Positions 1 through 8,912 of a DNA stretch of 16,906 bases are shown here, piece after piece. The translations under genes were made by a program, and so were the position numbers. A model generated the notes under the pieces. That model was not told the DNA's origin, ran no database searches, and worked only from the letters and a program-made list of their open reading frames with translations. Origin of the DNA: Oligoflexales bacterium (GTDB lineage: Bacteria; Bdellovibrionota_B; Oligoflexia; Oligoflexales; Bog-1112). The stretch's first letter is position 1. Each line of letters opens with the position of its first letter. The stretch is from NCBI GenBank assembly GCA_045105515.1, contig JBGCDR010000239.1:1-16906 (forward strand), written 5' to 3'.

Positions 1-479
1 TAAGATTTTTCTCTTATTAGCTCTTAAACACATCTTAGGAAGGGGAATTTTGATGAAAATATTTTTTTCAAGCACAAATTTGTTTTGAATTCTGGACGGC
101 AAGATTATTTTTGCATTTTCTTATTGAATTCAAGATTTAAAGAAATTCATAATGATTTAGCTAGGGTTTTTTCTAGAAAATATTCTAGCATTCAGATAGA
201 GAGTATTTTAAAAAGCATAGAAATTCGAGACAATCATGAAAGTTTTCTTGTTAAAACCCAACTTAAGATGCTTCTTCGCCATTCACTAAATCATCGATAA
301 TACCTTATATAATCAGTAGAAATAGGGGTGTAATTGATACTCACTTAAATACTTTTACCCACATCTGTGAGCAACTAATACTAGGTTCTTTCGGCAGTTC
401 GTGCTTTTCTAAGTAGACAGATAATATGAACTCTGCTATTTTTCCTGTTTTTTAGTCAGAAAATCTTTAGGATAATTTT

Positions 480-1241
480 ATGAAAATAATAACGTTCACT
501 CTAACTTTATTAAGCAGCTCTGTACTGGCCTTCGAGTCAGGGAAATCAAATAGCTTATCCATTAATGCAAACACAATAGACGCTGGATTTCACAATCCTG
601 TGTTCGACTTCTTAGACGAGAACCTACATGTGCAATCAAATAATCCAGATAATTCCGATGACTCTTCAGAATATTCAGAGGATATTTATGCTAATGGTAT
701 CGCCAACTATACTGAAACTTTATCTCTGATTCCGGAACCATTCTCAATCAGCACTGTGGCAGCCTCCAGAGCAGTATCAGCAGATTCCGGTTCATATGAC
801 TCTTCAGAAAGCTCTGATGATATTAATGATTCAGATGATTCTTCAGTAAGCTCTGATGATATTAATATGGATGAAGCTTATCAATCTGTTAGTTTAGCCA
901 CTAGCTTTCAACAAACTCTGCAAAATTTCGAGCAATTAAAGATGCGATGCGGAATAGGGGACACTCAGGGTGAACTAAAAAATATGTTTGTCCAATTTTA
1001 TACCAAGGCCAGTGATTTGCTTAACACTGAAATTTCATCAAAAAACATTGTACTTTCTCTCCAAACCAACAAAGAAGCTGATGAACTCCGAAATAGTATT
1101 TGTACCAGTTTGTTGAATTCAAACACCATCTACAACTGCAATGAAAATGTTTTAGCTACTTTTAGAGAGCCAATTATTGATGACTTAGGGCGAGTTGTGG
1201 GCTTGATCGTAGACTTATTTCCAGACGACCAAGACTATTAA
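480..1241 (+). CDS. Secreted hypothetical protein with acidic Ser/Asp-rich internal repeats (253 aa)
   Basis: ATG at 480 with AGGA upstream; Sec-type signal peptide MKIITFTLTLLSSSVLA|F; low-complexity DSSESSDDIN repeats; predicted helical C-terminal region; no family recognised. Confidence 0.85.
   Translation: MKIITFTLTLLSSSVLAFESGKSNSLSINANTIDAGFHNPVFDFLDENLHVQSNNPDNSDDSSEYSEDIYANGIANYTETLSLIPEPFSISTVAASRAVSADSGSYDSSESSDDINDSDDSSVSSDDINMDEAYQSVSLATSFQQTLQNFEQLKMRCGIGDTQGELKNMFVQFYTKASDLLNTEISSKNIVLSLQTNKEADELRNSICTSLLNSNTIYNCNENVLATFREPIIDDLGRVVGLIVDLFPDDQDY
798..866 (+). repeat. Intragenic tandem duplication, 39-nt period
   Basis: gactcttcagaaagctctgatgatattaat (798-827) and gattcttcagtaagctctgatgatattaat (837-866) differ at 2 of 30 positions; a more diverged copy gactcttcagaatattcagaggatatttat lies at 660-689. 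Confidence 0.9.
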
Positions 1242-1249
1242 GCACCTTC

Positions 1250-1315
1250 TCTTCAATCAGGGGGAGCTGATAATTTTCATCCTATATTTGGGTTGAAGAT
1301 GTTTCGACTTTTTTT
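1250..1315. terminator. Possible terminator structure between convergent genes
   Basis: Inverted repeat TCTTCAA (1250-1256)/TTGAAGA (1293-1299), an overlapping alternative ATCAG/CTGAT hairpin, and a T-run at about 1309-1315. Not a canonical compact terminator. Confidence 0.3.
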
Positions 1316-3204
1316 CAGCTTTCTGGTGCTACAGAGAACCAATAGACACTTGGTAGACCGATTGTAGCTGCACCCACCCTTTCAACAGTATTTTCAGTAT
1401 TGCAAACCAAAGTCAAAGTTCCTGCTATAGTCACTGAAAACTTCGAATTCGCTGTAATTTCTGGCACGCTTGTTAGGTTTATGTCAGCCTTTGCAATATT
1501 GGTTAAACCCTCAGTTGATCCAGTGTAAGTACCTTCCCCCACAGAAGTACCATCAAGGCTTACTGATACCGTTCCGGCTATATTTGATCTATGAGTAGCA
1601 CCCACAGCCCCACCAACCGATACATGAAACCCCGGAGCCTGTGCACCTTCCTCTAACATTGCATTATTTGCAACGCTTATGAAGTTGGTTTTTAAGCTTT
1701 CCAGGTCTTGGTCTCCGTTAGCTTTTAAGGTAGCCAGAGCTGTTGCAACTTCAAGCTCATATTGAACAGAAAAGGAGCTAGTACGGGTAGTTTCATCAGC
1801 ATTACATGCTGCCGAAACTTTTATAGGCTCTGGGTTGACTGACTGGGGAATGGTAAATGCAAAGCTATTGAACTCAAAACCTTCGGTTTCGCTAAAGACC
1901 GGACTAGGTGGTAATGGCTCCCACCCAAATTTAGGAACATTGCTTAAATCAAAACCTTTTTGCATTTGTCCTGCCATCCATCCCCTCATTTTGAGCGCTC
2001 CTGAATCAGCTCGGTCTTCTTTAGCAGAGAGATTTGGCAGTGAGACTGCAGCAAATGGATCAGCTACTGTGGTTCCATCTTCTTCATAAGTTACTAGTCC
2101 AGAGTCAACACAGTGCTGCATGCCTACATTAGAGACTTGAGGTTGGCTATCACTAACAATCATACAAAGCTCTTGGTTCTCCCATTCTTCATAAAAAGCG
2201 CTTCGGTTATCGCCGTCTATGTTTAAGTTGTTATCAGTAACATACTGATCAAAGACATCACCCGAAAAACATGCTCCATATCGATTTAAGCCAGCTTTTA
2301 CATATAAAGCAGTTTGATTCATAATCAACCTTGTACCGCACTCTCCACCATATTCACCAATTGCCGACATAGCAATCAAACCCTTATCGGGCATTGTGAT
2401 GATGTTTGCGATGGTAGCTCCATCTTCAAAAATAGCAGGAGGATCTCCCTTGACAGTTTCATCATCAGCAGAGTCAACATTTACCCTAGAGCCAAAACCA
2501 TACCAAAGGTTTATGCTCCCATCTTCGTGCAAGGTACCTAAAACCGTTTTTCCATCAGACATGTCTTCAACTAAAGACCATAGCTTTCCTTTTCTACCAA
2601 CAGCAGCATTGAATTTTGTACTTTGACGACCATCAAAACTATCTAAACAGCTTAGAGTCAGGTCCATCCCAGTACTAATTCCATTGCTACCATTAGGAAT
2701 CAGGTAGCTAAAAGCGGTTTCATTATATGCAGAAGCTTCACCTTGAGTTGAGTCTCCATAAACTATCTCTGTGCCTCCGATGTATGCGGAATCTAGGCAA
2801 GGAATATACCCTCCTTCAGCTCGAGAAAGGTTGCCATTAATTCGACCTTCAAAGTCGTCAAGTCTACCTTTAATATCTTTACCACTTGCCTGAAAAAACC
2901 TTGCTCTTATCTCATAAGATAATTTACAAAGTTCATAAGGCACCGTATCCCTCGCCCCAGCGTTCAAACACTCGGTTTCTCGATTATCGTCGTATGACAA
3001 GCTAGTACCATCGCCTTGCTTAAAACTTTTGGGAGAGGTAGCCTCAAAATTCTGACTAAGATTGAGTTTCGAATAAGAGTAGTAGATTCGAGACGATGAC
3101 TCAGCACCATCTTCTTCTTCATCAGTTTCTTCACAAGCAATAGCATTTACAGTAAAAACTGAAATGATAAAAAAATTAATCAAGATCCGATTGTGTTTAA
3201 GCAC
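1315..3204 (-). CDS. Large acidic Cys-rich lipoprotein, unknown function (629 aa)
   Basis: GTG start with GGGAGG RBS (3211-3216); basic n-region, hydrophobic h-region and lipobox-like A-I-A-C followed by an acidic tether EETDEEEDG; 10 further Cys; PLPPSP linker before a beta-rich C-terminal region. Confidence 0.85.
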   Translation of the reverse strand: MLKHNRILINFFIISVFTVNAIACEETDEEEDGAESSSRIYYSYSKLNLSQNFEATSPKSFKQGDGTSLSYDDNRETECLNAGARDTVPYELCKLSYEIRARFFQASGKDIKGRLDDFEGRINGNLSRAEGGYIPCLDSAYIGGTEIVYGDSTQGEASAYNETAFSYLIPNGSNGISTGMDLTLSCLDSFDGRQSTKFNAAVGRKGKLWSLVEDMSDGKTVLGTLHEDGSINLWYGFGSRVNVDSADDETVKGDPPAIFEDGATIANIITMPDKGLIAMSAIGEYGGECGTRLIMNQTALYVKAGLNRYGACFSGDVFDQYVTDNNLNIDGDNRSAFYEEWENQELCMIVSDSQPQVSNVGMQHCVDSGLVTYEEDGTTVADPFAAVSLPNLSAKEDRADSGALKMRGWMAGQMQKGFDLSNVPKFGWEPLPPSPVFSETEGFEFNSFAFTIPQSVNPEPIKVSAACNADETTRTSSFSVQYELEVATALATLKANGDQDLESLKTNFISVANNAMLEEGAQAPGFHVSVGGAVGATHRSNIAGTVSVSLDGTSVGEGTYTGSTEGLTNIAKADINLTSVPEITANSKFSVTIAGTLTLVCNTENTVERVGAATIGLPSVYWFSVAPES

Positions 3205-3289
3205 AACTTTCCTCCCATAGAGTAAAATTAATCAGATTCGATCTAATTCTAACATACATAAGTGTTGTAGCTGATTGTTAAAGGGTTTA

Positions 3290-4471
3290 TTACCAATAGT
3301 AACGAGCACTAGCAAACACCTGTTGACCAAGGCTAGCAAATTCTCCTGGATAAAATTTATCTTTGCTCATATGAGTTGGGGATAAAAAACAACCAAAGTC
3401 TATGTATGAATTTTCACTACTATTATAATTTACCTGTGCAACGGTGAGCATGGTCCCGTCGGTAAGATTCACTACGACTTGTCCCCCGCCATTTAGCAGT
3501 GGGGTAAAACTATCATTATAGCTTGCACTAAGATAATGCTGGCCTTGAAAGAAAACACCACCTTTTGTATAGGCAAAGGAACCCCATAGTTGGGGATAAG
3601 CAAACCGATTATCTCCTCCTGCTTCATTATAGTAATACTCAAGATCAAAAAGGGAGCCTCCCCCTAACATATATCCTCCACCTACTACCAAACGTCGATA
3701 GCCATCTTCAACACCTGGTTTAACAATGGCACCCTCGATACGGATTCCCACATCCCACAAGGAGTCTTCAATATTAAAACCAAGGAGTTGAGCTTTACGA
3801 AAATGAATGAGAATAAGCTCGCTGTCAGCGGTTCCGATCTGCGTCTTATAACGCGTTAATCCCGCAGATTCCTCCGAACGGGCATTTTCTCCAACAATCG
3901 CTGAAATTTCCCACTCAGAAAGCTCTCCTAATGGAACTGTCATTCGGACCCCATCGATCCCAAGGCGAAACTCTTGATCAATTCTTTGCAGAGGGTAAGG
4001 AGCAAAGACATCAGTGGGATTTGCTAGCCTAGCTACCCCATATGCAAAAGCCTGACGACCAATGGTGAGATCAAATCGCTCAAACACAGCAGCCCATGCT
4101 AAACGATCAAGGTTTTGCACGACACGCCCCTTGTCGTCAGCAAACCGTTCAACCTCAAGTCTGATATCTTTGTAGCGATAGGGAAATGGGTTAGTGTCTG
4201 CATTGCCAATGGCTTCCGATGTATAAGACATGCCTAGGCTGTATGCCCACTTAATATCTCCACCCAAGCCCGGACGTTCTTCATGGACCCGAGCATCAAA
4301 AACAAAAGACCTAAGATTAACGGTTTTACCTCCAGAACCTGGTATTGTAACCTGCTGTAATGAAGGGTAAATTTTTCCATGTCCTGCTATCTCAGCTCTG
4401 ATTAAGGCAGCTCTTGCAAACAAGCTCAAAACGATGGTGGCAGGTATGATCCATTCTCTAAGAATCTTCAG
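3290..4471 (-). CDS. Predicted outer-membrane beta-barrel protein associated with the Lol-like ABC system
   Basis: ORF track starts at TTG 4429, but the frame is open to CTG 4471, which gives a full signal peptide. Motifs DRLAW..FDLTIGRQAFAYG..NPTDVF and GIDGVR, alternating aromatic beta-strands and a C-terminal ASARYYW (BAM-type terminal aromatic). Confidence 0.8.
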   Translation of the reverse strand: MKILREWIIPATIVLSLFARAALIRAEIAGHGKIYPSLQQVTIPGSGGKTVNLRSFVFDARVHEERPGLGGDIKWAYSLGMSYTSEAIGNADTNPFPYRYKDIRLEVERFADDKGRVVQNLDRLAWAAVFERFDLTIGRQAFAYGVARLANPTDVFAPYPLQRIDQEFRLGIDGVRMTVPLGELSEWEISAIVGENARSEESAGLTRYKTQIGTADSELILIHFRKAQLLGFNIEDSLWDVGIRIEGAIVKPGVEDGYRRLVVGGGYMLGGGSLFDLEYYYNEAGGDNRFAYPQLWGSFAYTKGGVFFQGQHYLSASYNDSFTPLLNGGGQVVVNLTDGTMLTVAQVNYNSSENSYIDFGCFLSPTHMSKDKFYPGEFASLGQQVFASARYYW

Positions 4472-5138
4472 CTATCTCTCCATCCTTTAAGCGTATAAGT
4501 CTTTCTGCGCGTTCCATCACCATGGGATCGTGTGTCGAAAACAAAAAGGTCATCTTCTCAAGCTCATGAAGTTCCTTCATAAGATCAAGCAAATCTCCAC
4601 CTGTCTTAGAGTCAAGGTTTGCTGTGGGCTCATCAGCAAGGATAATATCAGGATGAGACACCATAGCTCTTGCTACAGCTACCCGCTGTTGCTGGCCTCC
4701 AGACAGTTGATTTGGAAAACGCTTGTATTTATCTCCGAGCCCCAAGCGTTTCAACATACTATGAACCCTATCCCGCCGTTCTGAAGGGGATACCCCTTGC
4801 AAAAGCATGACGTATTCTACGTTTTCTTCTACGCTTAATACTGGGATCAGGTTGTAGGCTTGAAAAACAAAACCAATATGGTCTCTTCTATAGTCTGAAA
4901 GCTCATTACCTGTCATTTCCGACATCGCTTTTCCAGCAAGCCGAATCTGACCACTTGATGGTTTATCTAAACCACCCACAAGATGTAGCAGCGTTGACTT
5001 TCCCGAGCCTGAAGGACCAACGACAGCAGTGAACTCTCCACGCTTGATATCGACACTTAAAGACTTTAGAGCTTGGACCAGAGTTTCTCCATCACCAAAA
5101 TCTCTACAAACTTCTTGGACTTCGATGACATTCTCCAT
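4458..5138 (-). CDS. ABC transporter ATP-binding protein, LolD/MacB-like family (226 aa)
   Basis: Walker A GPSGSGKST, Q-loop GFVFQAYNL, signature LSGGQQQR, Walker B ILADEPT, H-loop STHD; GGAAGG RBS upstream. Confidence 0.96.
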   Translation of the reverse strand: MENVIEVQEVCRDFGDGETLVQALKSLSVDIKRGEFTAVVGPSGSGKSTLLHLVGGLDKPSSGQIRLAGKAMSEMTGNELSDYRRDHIGFVFQAYNLIPVLSVEENVEYVMLLQGVSPSERRDRVHSMLKRLGLGDKYKRFPNQLSGGQQQRVAVARAMVSHPDIILADEPTANLDSKTGGDLLDLMKELHELEKMTFLFSTHDPMVMERAERLIRLKDGEIAEDS

Positions 5139-5162
5139 CGGACCTTCCTAACTGTGTTATCG

Positions 5163-6389
5163 CTAACTATTTTGTCGCATGCCTTCCATCGGAGTAATCT
5201 TACCGGCATAAAATGCTGGATATAATCCCGAGATGACCGTCATTGCTAAAACCGAAAGAGGTACTAGAGTAAGTTGTTTCCAAGCAAAAACAGTTCGGAT
5301 TGGCTCGTGAACAGACACACCATTAAATTCTGTATCAGCAAAACTAATGCCATGAATGCCCCAATAATAGACTGCTAAGCACCCTAGAAGCAAACCCAGA
5401 GATGTTCCCAGCAAACCTAGTCCGAGGCATTCATAAACAATTTGAATACTCACTTGCCAGCGTTTTGTACCCAATGCCTTAATAACACCAAATTCATACA
5501 TCCTGTCATAGATCGACATGAACATCGTGTTTAAAATACTAAGACATATAAGTAAAAACAAAATAATGGCAACGATGCTAATTGAAATGTTTGTCATTTC
5601 AAACATAGATTTTAATGCAGGCATTAGCTCTTCCCAGTTTTGACTCAATGCTTCCTTTTGCCTCAGTTTATCCCAAACCGGGAGCCTCTGATTAGTAGCA
5701 TCGTCGAGCTTATTGAAAGAGAAAGCGATTTCATGTACTTCATTTCCGAGGTTTAATAAGCTTTGAGATTTTTTCAATGGTATGAAAGCGCCACCCTGAT
5801 CAATTCCGCGTGAATGAAAGTTCACAATTCCTTGAACCCTAAATAACTCCTGAGCTAACTCCCCGGTATGGGCTTCCGTCAAAGTCAAGACTACCTTATC
5901 ACCAAGTGTGACATCCAAACGGTCTGCTAGGTCAACTCCAAGAAGTATTGAATTATCCTTGGGAACCTTAGGATATTCCCCAGCAACTATGGCTTTTTCT
6001 ATGATGGAGACATGCCTCTCTTTAGCAAAATCTACACCAAAAATCTGTACTCCAGTAGCATGATAGCTTGAGCTGATCATGCCTCTGGCTACGACTCGCT
6101 TACTAAAACTACGGATGCTCGGCGCTTGCTCCAAGATTTCAACGATACTCCGAATTTCCGGAACAGTTTGTTCAATAGAGAAGTCGTTTTGAAAGTCTTT
6201 GTGGTGAGATTGAGCATGCCCCAAAAAAGTTGAAGTAGCATTCTGCCGCATCGAATCTTTCATCCCCAAGATGATGGCATGGGTAAACATCAAAGATACA
6301 ACACCAATGCAAATAATGAGAATGGTAAGTACAGAGCGACGAGGATTACGCTTTACATTGCGTAACCCTAATTTCAACAGCAGATTCAT
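5163..6389 (-). CDS. ABC transporter permease, FtsX/MacB-PCD (LolC/E-like) family (408 aa)
   Basis: N-terminal RNVKRNPRRSVLT plus TM1, large periplasmic domain, then NTMFMSIYDRMYEFGVIKALG and three C-terminal TMs; ATGA overlap with the upstream permease. Confidence 0.95.
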   Translation of the reverse strand: MNLLLKLGLRNVKRNPRRSVLTILIICIGVVSLMFTHAIILGMKDSMRQNATSTFLGHAQSHHKDFQNDFSIEQTVPEIRSIVEILEQAPSIRSFSKRVVARGMISSSYHATGVQIFGVDFAKERHVSIIEKAIVAGEYPKVPKDNSILLGVDLADRLDVTLGDKVVLTLTEAHTGELAQELFRVQGIVNFHSRGIDQGGAFIPLKKSQSLLNLGNEVHEIAFSFNKLDDATNQRLPVWDKLRQKEALSQNWEELMPALKSMFEMTNISISIVAIILFLLICLSILNTMFMSIYDRMYEFGVIKALGTKRWQVSIQIVYECLGLGLLGTSLGLLLGCLAVYYWGIHGISFADTEFNGVSVHEPIRTVFAWKQLTLVPLSVLAMTVISGLYPAFYAGKITPMEGMRQNS

Positions 6390-7618
6390 TGCACTCCTCG
6401 GAGAGCATCAATAGGACGTATAAAGGCCGACCGAAGCCCTGGGTAAGTGCTCACCAACAATGTGGCAAAAATGACCACTGCAGCTGGATAGAACACTGTG
6501 TAGATGGAAAACTCACCTGTAAAGGTATCAAAGTAAATCCCTGCCATCTCAAAGGGTTCCGAAAGTGTAATACCATGGTAAACAAAGAAATAGTTAATCG
6601 GCAAGGAAACAACAAAGCTCAATGCTATTGCTACAAGTGCAAGAATTAATGATTCAAGCACAACCAATGCGAATACCATCATTGGACGAGTTCCAAGTGC
6701 CCGTAGAACACCATATTCCTTTGTTCGCTCCATGACGCTCATAAGAATCGTATTTAAGACCCCCAAAGCAACCATAACTATTATTATAAACAAAGTGATC
6801 TGATTTCCCTTTTTATCTGTAAGCATCGCATTGTAGAACTCTTTGGCAATTACTTGCCAGGGCGCCACTGACACCTTAAATTGAGCAAGTTTTTTCTCTA
6901 AATTTTTGCTAAGTTCCTCGGCATATTTATAGTGTCCTGTGACCACTGCAATTTCATGAAATTGATCACCCATACTAAAAAATTCACGGCTAGCCCTTAG
7001 AGACATAAACACATGACTTCTTAAATTTGATTGATCATTGCCAACAATCCCAACCACATCAAATTCATCATTTGCGATTGAACCGTCAAATCCTTGGGAA
7101 ATAAGTACTAAACGATCCCCTAAGCTGCAGTTTAGACTTTTGGCGAGCCTAGCACCGATCATAACCTCATAGCGCTCATTTTGGCTGAGTCCAGAAATAA
7201 TATAGCGTCCCTTTTTTACCTTACGTTCTAGGGAAGTCGTCAGATTCTCCCGCTCAGGATCAATGCCCCAAATCACCGCTGGGGTTGCTTTGGTGCTATG
7301 ATATGTAAGCCCTGCCCCTAAAATACGTGGACTGAACGACTGAATTTCCTTAATCCCTACAAGGGTTTCTATTAATTTTTCACCGTGAGTAATTTTTAAA
7401 TGCATCGAGGGGTTTTTTAGATAGCCAGGTGCATGAATTTGAACATGCCCTGTTTGAGTCTTTGTGAATGAGTCAATAACTGTTGCATAGCTGCCTTCTG
7501 TAGTGGAAAGCGCTAAGTTGAGAAGAAGGTATCCTGCTCCCAAGCTAAGAATGGTCAAGAGGCTACGTCTTTTTTGCCTCAAGGTATTTCTAAATGCCAT
7601 GCGTAGAATCAGTGGCAT
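6386..7618 (-). CDS. ABC transporter permease, FtsX/MacB-PCD (LolC/E-like) family (410 aa)
   Basis: MAFRNTLRQKRRSLLT plus TM1, periplasmic domain, NTILMSVMERTKEYGVLRALG motif, C-terminal YPGLRSAFIRPIDALR. Confidence 0.95.
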   Translation of the reverse strand: MPLILRMAFRNTLRQKRRSLLTILSLGAGYLLLNLALSTTEGSYATVIDSFTKTQTGHVQIHAPGYLKNPSMHLKITHGEKLIETLVGIKEIQSFSPRILGAGLTYHSTKATPAVIWGIDPERENLTTSLERKVKKGRYIISGLSQNERYEVMIGARLAKSLNCSLGDRLVLISQGFDGSIANDEFDVVGIVGNDQSNLRSHVFMSLRASREFFSMGDQFHEIAVVTGHYKYAEELSKNLEKKLAQFKVSVAPWQVIAKEFYNAMLTDKKGNQITLFIIIVMVALGVLNTILMSVMERTKEYGVLRALGTRPMMVFALVVLESLILALVAIALSFVVSLPINYFFVYHGITLSEPFEMAGIYFDTFTGEFSIYTVFYPAAVVIFATLLVSTYPGLRSAFIRPIDALRGVQ

Positions 7619-7621
7619 CGG

Positions 7622-8371
7622 CTATTTTCCTCGCTTCAAAGTTCGGAGGCTAAAAAACTCTTTATCAAGCTTCAAGGATAGATCGAGTTTGAGGTAACGT
7701 ACAGTGGTTTTGTGGTTTTTTTTATTGAGGGGAATCATTTCCATGACAGAAGGGATCAGTCGGCCATTGAATTCCTTGATCTCCTTAAATAAGAGCTGCC
7801 GAATCTTAACTCCTTTTTCATCATAAAAAGCCTGCTCTAAAGGCAGTAGCTTACCGCGATCAATATGCATGACAATTTTACCCCATACCGTAACTGTTTC
7901 CGGTTGGGGGATGAGAGTAAGGATATACTTCTTATCAGTGGTGTCTTGCGAAATTTTATAATCTTTCGCTAAGTCTGTCTGCTTTACCAGATCATCATTG
8001 CTGAAGTCTGAGCCCATCCAGCTTCCACCCATCATCGACGGAGGAACTTTAATCACTTTGTTAATTTTAGGAAAAAAGTTCCACATCTCGCGGTCCCTTC
8101 GCAGGGTGGCTACCCCTTTGTCTTTACGAGGGGCCAAGATACGAATTAAAGTAAAGTCTGTTCCAAGGCTCCAAGCCTTAAGTTTAAGCTCCCGCTGCCA
8201 ATCAGGAGTCTCTATCTCCATTACTACCTCCGCAAAAGAGGCCTCTGCACGGTGAATCTGGTCCACGTGATTGAGCAACTCCACAGGTGTCATTCCCTTA
8301 CCAGTGAGGGAAGAGGAGAATAAAAGTAAGGCAAGAAGCGTGCGAAAATAATAGATCGATCTATATGTCAT
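7622..8371 (-). CDS. Outer-membrane lipoprotein-sorting protein, LolA-like (about 249 aa)
   Basis: Motifs P..DKGVATLR..EMWNFFPKINKVIK and SWMGSDFSNDDL typical of the LolA_like family; signal peptide present. ATG at 8371 has an AAGGA RBS and is preferred over the ORF-track start at 8413. Confidence 0.92.
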   Translation of the reverse strand: MTYRSIYYFRTLLALLLFSSSLTGKGMTPVELLNHVDQIHRAEASFAEVVMEIETPDWQRELKLKAWSLGTDFTLIRILAPRKDKGVATLRRDREMWNFFPKINKVIKVPPSMMGGSWMGSDFSNDDLVKQTDLAKDYKISQDTTDKKYILTLIPQPETVTVWGKIVMHIDRGKLLPLEQAFYDEKGVKIRQLLFKEIKEFNGRLIPSVMEMIPLNKKNHKTTVRYLKLDLSLKLDKEFFSLRTLKRGK

Positions 8372-8912
8372 AGAGGTTTTCCTTTCTATGCGAATCGAGT
8401 AATAGTTTAACACTAGAAATTTGATGAAACAAAAAATTGTGTATAGACTATCGCCGTAAAATCACGAGAAAAATTAGTTCCAGCTATTATCCATATAATC
8501 CTGTGACGAAATATCTATGTTTGAAAACGCTTTCAGCTCAATGGTGATGATATGCCTAAAATTATAGCTAAATAATTAAATATTTACACTAGTAATTATA
8601 TCAAGTAGGGTATCGACTTTTATTTATGGTAGGTAATTATGATATTAAAATCACTCTTTCTCACAGCTGGTAGGGCAAGCTTTTATCCCAAAACTAAAAA
8701 ATATAAACATTCACGAGAAGTCTGCAACTACTCTTAAAGCAAAAAATGAAGCAGAATTCCTAAAAATTCAATCTTCTGATAAAGTCGCAGAAGAACTAGA
8801 CCAAAGCAAAATAATCTCTCGGGAAGATGCCTTTAGAAAATGGATTAACCAAGGTATCTATGAACATGAACGAAATAATATAGTTGCTATTGGAGACAAG
8901 GTTTCAAACCAC

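Noticed and set aside
85..300. 71-aa plus-strand ORF
   Set aside because: TTG start without an RBS, no recognisable motif, AT-rich DNA; probably spurious or decayed sequence.
1835..3146. Short ORFs 1835-2089, 2314-2541, 2396-2626 (+) and 2964-3146 (-)
   Set aside because: Antisense or out-of-frame shadows wholly inside the 629-aa lipoprotein gene.
4530..8255. Plus-strand ORFs 4530-4784, 6389-6649, 7503-7697 and 7998-8255
   Set aside because: Antisense shadows of conserved transporter genes.
4458..8371. Assigning the symbols lolA/lolC/lolD/lolE or macB
   Set aside because: Family-level similarity only; the operon layout with a barrel differs from housekeeping Lol and MacAB-TolC, so orthology cannot be claimed.
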